Assembly (NCBI GenBank): GCA_964187785.1
Contig: OZ076409.1
Span: forward strand, 49,168,001 to 49,232,000
Direction of reading: 5' to 3'
Origin: Amphiscolops sp. MND2022
Taxonomy: Eukaryota
Length of the DNA: 64,000 nucleotides
In this document: positions 56,909 to 64,000 of the stretch, one piece after another
Layout of the letters: the number at the start of each line of letters is the position of its first letter
How positions within the stretch are numbered: the first letter of the stretch is position 1
Program-made: the position numbers and the translations under genes
The notes under the pieces: generated by a model
Database searches by the model: none
Told to the model about the DNA's origin: nothing
Seen by the model: the letters and a program-made list of their open reading frames with translations, nothing else

Positions 56909-59900
56909 GACTCAATTCTCACAAGAGATTCCAATTCAATTAGCAAAACAAAATATAGAAAGCTAATTCAGAGAATGCTGAGAGTACATTTATTACATTA
57001 ACAACAAATACAATAATGCGTTCTTGTCAGTGGATTGAGACATAGCACTCGACACTTGATACTACCGTGTTTCCCCGATAATAAGCCCTCCCCCGAAAAT
57101 AAGCCACCCCTCAAAAATTTTTGCAACCACTGAAAACAAGCCCTACCCCGAAAATAAGCCACCCCATAAAGTAACCAACGAGTCGAACTGCTTGATTGGT
57201 TCCATCTGGAAAATAGATTAGCGTGCATGGGCGTGTGAACAATCAATTCGCATTTTGTCAAAGAGATATGAATCATTATCTCTACACGATATTGTCAACT
57301 GAGCTGATTTCTTTTATTTTATTTACACGCATTTAGTTTTGACAAGATGAGTGCCAATCGCAATTCTTATAGAACTAATTAAAAAACCAGTTGAAGAAGC
57401 GAAGGGTAAAAATTTGGCACAGTTTTGCCGACAAAACAAATTGGAGCTCAGAATGGCATCGGGCGTTTATATTAAGGAATCTGGCAAAGCCTGGATTACT
57501 CAAGACGTTGTCAAATCATGGGTAGATGTTATGCTGCCACTCTTTAGTTGAGGCCAAAAAAGGGCTCTTTTGTTATGGGATGCCACAAGTATTGAAAAGG
57601 CCTGAAAAGTTGACGAAGTGATGATTCCCGCAGGAATGACAGGATTTCTCCAGAGTCTCGACATCGGGGTCAAAAGACCGCTCAAGCAGTATATGAGAGA
57701 AGTCAACGATTATATTGAAAATCGGTCTGAACGCAATTGCCGGGGAAATTTCATTACCTAAATTATCTGAAACAGTGAAGTGGGTGAAGAATGCTTGGGA
57801 CAAGGTTACAGTAACAACTCAAAAATTCCCTGATTGCCGGATATCTGTATGAAAGTGCAACTTTCGAGGAGATTTATATCGTAAAGGACACTGAGTATGG
57901 ACACGAAATTATGAAACGAATAAATGAAGAAAACAGTGATTTTGAAAATGAAACTGGTACTGATATGATTGATGTGCTTGAGGATGATGAAATTGTAACT
58001 GATGATGATTAATTCAATTCTTGTACACTCTTTTCACCAAAATAAGCCCTACCCCGAAAATAAGCCCTGTTGTTAATGCTCACTCGGAAAATATGTCATG
58101 GTTTATTATCGGGGAAACACGGTATGAGATGGATAGACTTGGATACAAAATGGATCGACTTGTCTCCTGACAAAATACAAAGCTACATGAACAACAAATG
58201 AAATTGCGCGTTGTTTTAACGACACGTGATACTATGAGATGGATAGACTTGGATACAAAATAGATAGACTTGCCTGCTGAGGTCATAGAAAGCAGAGTCA
58301 GATAATACTGAGAGTACATTTACGTGTACTCCATGAACAACAAATGAAATAAGTGCAGATATTGTGTAAATCAATTGGTTCAGTTAACAAAAATGTCTGG
58401 CATTTTCACTTATCTTTAGTATCATTGAGCTCAATAATCGAGTGTCGATGTAGATAATTATCTATATTAGCAGATCTTGAGAAGAACGAGTCGTCTGCTG
58501 GTGAGCCACGCAGAAGCTTTATTGGGTTGAAACCTTTCCTTCTCTTGTTTTCCCTGTGTTCAAGTTTGATCTGGACATATTCACTATGATTGAAGATGTA
58601 TTCGTTAGAAATAATATCAACAAACATGCATATTAGACTCAGCTGGATATGGAATGCCAGAGGGAGCTTTTTGTATTTGTGTAGTATTTCGGAATAGGAC
58701 AATCGGCAGCCAAAAATCCAATGTAAACAAAATTTTCGAAAGTTCTGCAATATTTTAAACATCTGCTAAACTGCATGCCAAACTTGCGAACCATAAAAGA
58801 TGATTGAAACGACAGTGGTCATGTAAAGGTTGTAATTGACATCCGATGGGGTAGACGAAGGATTAGTTGTTTTCAGAAGGAAGATTATTCTTCTTGCTTT
58901 GTTCAGTTTACAGTTGATATGGTTTGTCCATTTGAGATTAGAAGTAACAATCAAACCCAAATGTTTTTGCAGAGTAACCTCAATAATTTCATCAGAATCC
59001 AATTGTAACATCACTCGAAAGTAAGACATTTGGTCATTTCTACATTTGCAATCACACCGTTTTAGAGATTCCAGAGAGCGAGTCTAGCGATGTCATTTTC
59101 AAAGTTTAGAGAACGAAAGAGCAGCTTCAAATAGTCTGCGAAAAAGCCAGGTTATAGAGTCAAGGAATATGCTGGCAAATCGTTGATGAAAATTAAAAAT
59201 AACAGCGGACCCAATACCGATCTTTGAGGGACACCACTTATAACACGAATGGTGTTTGACAAGTAGCCGCAGAAATATACAAGCTGATGCCTGTCCTTGA
59301 CATAGGAACTGAGAAGTCCAGGAATTCATCATCAAATCCAAACCTAGAAAGCTTCGATAACAGAACGTTCAGAGGAACTTTATCGAATGCTTTGGCATAA
59401 TCGAGATATAGAATGTATTGTTGTCCGAACTTACAAAATTTGATAGTTTCAATGAAATCAACCAGCTGTAAGACAGCCCTCTTTCGTGACTGTAATCCAA
59501 ACAGACTTGGATTGATATGGTGCCTGTTTTTCTCAATAAGAAAGTTAAAGAGAAGTCTTTCAAATACTATCGAGACTTTTGGTAACAAGCTTATAGGCCT
59601 ATAGTTGGCAATATCGTTTTTGACTCCAGACTTGAACATGGGATTGATATACGAACTTTTCCAGATAGGAGGAAATGAGCATGTTGAAAGATTGACAAGA
59701 ACAGTGGAAGGAAAATACTGGCGAAAAATTGTGGCCAAAGATAAAAAATTTTACTTGGAAAACTGTCCGAAGTTACAGCTGACGAGCATTTAGTTCTCTG
59801 AATGGAGTTCAGTATTAGGTTTCCGTTGAGAGACTGAAGAAATTCGACAAATTTTAATGTCTTGGAGGACGCCGCAGAGGGAGGAGCAAGCTGCAGAGCC

Positions 59901-60060
59901 TTAGGACTTCAATACCGGTCTCAAATTTTGAGACCTCGGCAAGAGGAAAGTTTACGAAGTACTGCATCGTGTCAGAATGTTACAAAGTTCAAAAGAAATA
60001 CATCTCGTGGGATGCCCTACGAAGGTATCATGTTGACAAACGATTCCACTATTTAACCAA
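56851..60060 (-). mobile_element. 5'-truncated LINE (CR1/L2-like RT) with repeated 3' UTR and (TC)n tail; interrupted by a pogo-like element
   Basis: FPPIWKSSYINPMFKSG..ANYRPISLLPKVSIVFE, YLDYAKAFDKVP, SGVPQ, KHLGLIVTSNLKWTNHI, IFYGSQVW. (GA)n at ~56858-56904 on the plus strand is the putative tail. 5' boundary approximate. Confidence 0.8.
57065..58122 (+). mobile_element. Internally deleted pogo/Tigger-like DNA transposon (DDE_1 remnant)
   Basis: TIR CCGTGTTTCCCCGATAATAA at both ends with TA TSD; subterminal CCGAAAATAAGC repeats. Remnants WITQDVVKSW, RALLLWD, IPAGMTGFLQSLDIGVKRPLKQYMRE. Confidence 0.9.
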
Positions 60061-63000
60061 TTGGTATCAGAATGATGGAAGCACACTCTGGAAAATAATT
60101 TTATTTTCGTTTCGTCAAGTTTCTCCTACACTGTATGAACTATTTTTGTTGATTTTCCCCCATTAAAGCAACGAAACTTATAGTACAAGATTTGGATGCT
60201 TTCAGTGAACCTTATCAGGTTTGCACTTTTGTAAATTGCGAAACAGACTGGGAAATGTGCCTGAAATTGAATTTATCTTCTAACTTTTATAAAAATAGAA
60301 ATCTATGGCAAAAACGTTGTGGAAATAAATATGCTTTTTGATTTTTCAAGAAATAATTTGCAGTTGCAAAAATTTAAACTCGAAGATACTGAATTTTGCC
60401 ACACAAAATCTCACTACTTCAATCAGTCCCCTAATATATGCTGTGATGTTTGACATCAAAAAGCAGTCATATAGAAAGATAAAAATCGCGTTCTTTAGAA
60501 CTACTTGAGCAAATTGGCGGCAGTGGAACACAATACAGAGACGGTTCTTTGATCATCTTATCGTAGAAACATGGCCATGAATCGGGACTCAATTGTTCCT
60601 AATTACAATTGAAGACCAACTTTCAACAAACTGTGTCTTCCTTCATAACTTTATTAGCAAAATCGTGAAATTGCGACAAAAGCATAATTTTTTGCATTGA
60701 TTTCATGTCTTACTTACATGTGAAAATTTACGGAAATTTGAAATTCCTAGAAGTTTTTGAAAGAGGGAGCGAAATCGCGATAAACCGAAATCTTGTTCGA
60801 GACTCAGCTCGTCCAGTTGTTTGAACTTAAACCCTTAAATGCGAGGAACCATTCAAGTTTGCCTACTGAAATGGTTTTTTGTGTTCTGAAAAGTAATTTT
60901 CGAAGTTTTGAAAAATTCGATCTAAAATAGCTCCTGAAATCGACGGATGAAAAGGACAGTTGATACCCTGTTGTAATGCCCATCATCGATATCGAATATT
61001 GCCGATTCCAGACAAGCCTTCCAACAGAAAATTGATTACAAATCTACTTTTGACATCGCGCAATTGTTCTGAAAAAGATGATGCCGTTTGTAAAAACTTG
61101 CAAAGGCCACTTTTATCATATAAAGCGCGTTGTTGTAACGACACGTGATACTATGAGATGGATAGACTTGGATACAAAATAGATAGACTTGCCTGCTGAG
61201 GTCATAGAATGCAGAGTCAGATAATACTGAGAGTACATTTACGTGTACTCCATGAACAACAAATGAAATAAGTGCAGATATTGTGTAAATCAATTGGTTC
61301 AGTTAACAAAAATGTCTGGCATTTTCACTTATCTTTAGTATCATTGAGCTCAATAATCGAGTGTCGATGTAGATAATTATCTATATTAGCAGATCTTGAG
61401 AAGAACGAGTCGTCTGCTGGTGAGCCACGCAGAAGCTTTATTGGGTTGAAACCTTTCCTTCTCTTGTTTTCCCTGTGTTCAAGTTTGATCTGGACATATT
61501 CACTATGATTGAAGATGTATTCGTTAGAAATAATATCAACAAACATGCATATTAGACTCAGCTGGATATGGAATGCCAGAGGGAGCTTTTTGTATTTGTG
61601 TAGTATTTCGGAATAGGACAATCGGCAGCCAAAAATCCAATGTAAACAAAATTTTCGAAAGTTCTGCAATATTTTAAACATCTGCTAAACTGCATGCCAA
61701 ACTTGCGAACCATAAAAGATGATTGAAACGACAGTGGTCATGTAAAGGTTGTAATTGACATCCGATGGGGTAGACGAAGGATTAGTTGTTTTCAGAAGGA
61801 AGATTATTCTTCTTGCTTTGTTCAGTTTATAGTTGATATGGTTTGTCCATTTGAGATTAGAAGTAACAATCAAACCCAAATGTTTTTGCAGAGTAACCTC
61901 AATAATTTCATCAGAATCCAATTGTAACATCACTCGAAAGTAAGACATTTGGTCATTTCTACATTTGCAATCACACCGTTTTAGAGATTCCAGAGAGCGA
62001 GTCTAGCGATGTCATTTTCAAAGTTTAGAGAACGAAAGAGCAGCTTCAAATAGTCTGCGAAAAAGCCAGGTTATAGAGTCAAGGAATATGCTGGCAAATC
62101 GTTGATGAAAATTAAAAATAACAGCGGACCCAATACCGATCCTTGAGGGACACCACTTATAACACGAATGGTGTTTGACAAGTAGCCGCAGAAATATACA
62201 AGCTGATGCCTGTCCTTGACATAGGAACTGAGAAGTCCAGGAATTCATCATCAAATCCAAACCTAGAAAGCTTCGATAACAGAACGTTCAGAGGAACTTT
62301 ATCGAATGCTTTGGCATAATCGAGATATAGAATGTATTGTTGTCCGAACTTACCAAATTTGATAGTTTCAATGAAATCAAGCAGCTGTAAGACAGCCCTC
62401 TTTCGTGACTGTAATCCAAACAGACTTGGATTGATATGGTGCCTGTTTTTCTCAATAAGAAAGTTAAAGAGAAGTCTTTCAAATACTATCGAGACTTTTG
62501 GTAACAAGCTTATAGGCCTATAGTTGGCAATATCGTTTTTGACTCCAGACTTGAACATGGGATTGATATACGAACTTTTCCAGATAGGAGGAAATGAGCA
62601 TGTTGAAAGATTGACAAGAACAGTGGAAGGAAAATACTGGCGAAAAATTGTGGCCAAAGATAAAAAATTTTACTTGGAAAACTGTCCGAAGTTACAGCTG
62701 ACGAGCATTTAGTTCTCTGAATGGAGTTCAGTATTAGGTTTCCGTTGAGAGACTGAAGAAATTCGACAAATTTTAATGTCTTGGAGGACGCCGCAGAGGG
62801 AGGAGCAAGCACAGGAGTTTCAATACCGGTCACAAATTTTGAGACCTCGGCAAGAGGAAAGTTTACGAAGTACTGCATCGTGTCAGAATGTTACAAAGTT
62901 CAATAGAAATACATCTCGTGGGATGCCCTACGAAGGTATCATGTTGACAAACGATTCCACTATTTAACCAATTGGTATCAGAATGATGGAAGCACACTCT

Positions 63001-64000
63001 GGAAAATAATTTTATTTTCGTTTCGTCAAGTTTCTCCTACACTGTATGAACTATTTTTGTGGATTTTCCCCCATTAAAGCAACGAAACTTATAGTACAAG
63101 ATTTGGATGCTTTCAGTGAACCTTATCAGGTTTGCACTTTTGTAAATTGCGAAACAGACTGGGAAATGTGCCTGAAATTGAATTTAGCTTCTAAATTTTA
63201 TAAAAATAGAAATCTATGGCAAAAACGTTGTGGAAATAAATATGCTTTTTGATTTTTCAAGAAATAATTTGCAGTTGCAAAAATTTAAACTCGAAGATAC
63301 TGAATTTTGCCACACAAAATCTCACTACTTCAATCAGTCCCCTAATATATGCTGTGATGTTTGACATCAAAAAGCAGTCATATAGAAAGATAAAAATCGC
63401 GTTCTTTAGAACTACTTGAGCAAATTGGCGGCAGTGGAACACAATACAGAGACGGTTCTTTGATCATCTTATCGTAGAAACATGGCCATGTATCGGGACT
63501 CAATTGTTCCTAATTACAATTGAAGACCAACTTTCAACAAACCGTGTCTTCCTTCATAACTTTATTAGCAAAATCGTGAAATTGCGACAAAAGCATAATT
63601 TTTTGCATTGATTTCATGTCTTACTTACATGTGAAAATTTACGGAAATTTGAAATTCCTAGAAGTTTTTGAAAGAGGGAGCGAAATCGCGATAAACCGAA
63701 ATCTTGTTCGAGACTCAGCTCGTCCAGTTGTTTGAACTTAAACCCTTAAATGCGAGGAACCATTCAAGTTTCCCTACTGAAATGGTTTTTTGTGTTCTGA
63801 AAAGTAATTTTCGAAGTTTTGAAAAATTCGATCTAAAATAGCTCCTGAAATCGACGGATGAAAAGGACAGTTGATACCCTGTTGTAATGCCCATCATCGA
63901 TATCGAATATTGCCGATTCCAGACAAGCCTTCCAACAGAAAATTGATTACAAATCTACTTTTGACATCGCGCAATTGTTCTGAAAAAGATGATGCCGTTT
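58206..64000. repeat. ~2.92-kb tandem duplication (LINE body plus flank): 58206-61124 and 61125-window end
   Basis: ORFs recur at offsets of 2919/2911 bp (58406 and 61325; 60346 and 63257) with few substitutions and an 8-bp indel. Confidence 0.95.
61125..62971 (-). mobile_element. Duplicated copy of the truncated LINE
   Basis: Same RT fragments and same frameshifts as 58206-60060. Confidence 0.85.

Overview
This is AT-rich, transposon-dense eukaryotic DNA, animal-like by its TOM70 and MLF proteins; the species cannot be determined from the sequence. Two host genes are recognisable: a spliced TOMM70 (4 coding exons, 12947-15208, N-terminal anchor exon not found) and a myeloid leukemia factor gene with an intronless CDS (53508-54197). 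The rest is mostly mobile DNA: a decayed BEL/Pao element, two decayed LINEs, a pogo-like element, many Helentron-type non-autonomous (DINE/HINE-like) elements, several MITEs and tandem duplications. The main discovery is a 23-kb Ty3/Gypsy element (20939-43947; 1.8-kb LTRs; GTTCA target-site duplication) with unusual architecture. Its gag starts ~590 bp inside the LTR and reads through the PBS. After pol it carries an antisense, multi-intron gene resembling a catalytically degenerate hAT transposase with a zinc finger. A further sense ORF runs across the 3' LTR boundary where a polypurine tract should be. Three related elements (one nested in an intron of the antisense gene, two solo LTRs nested in each other) share parts of this design, suggesting a lineage-wide system. 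Family assignments come from motif recognition by eye, not database searches.
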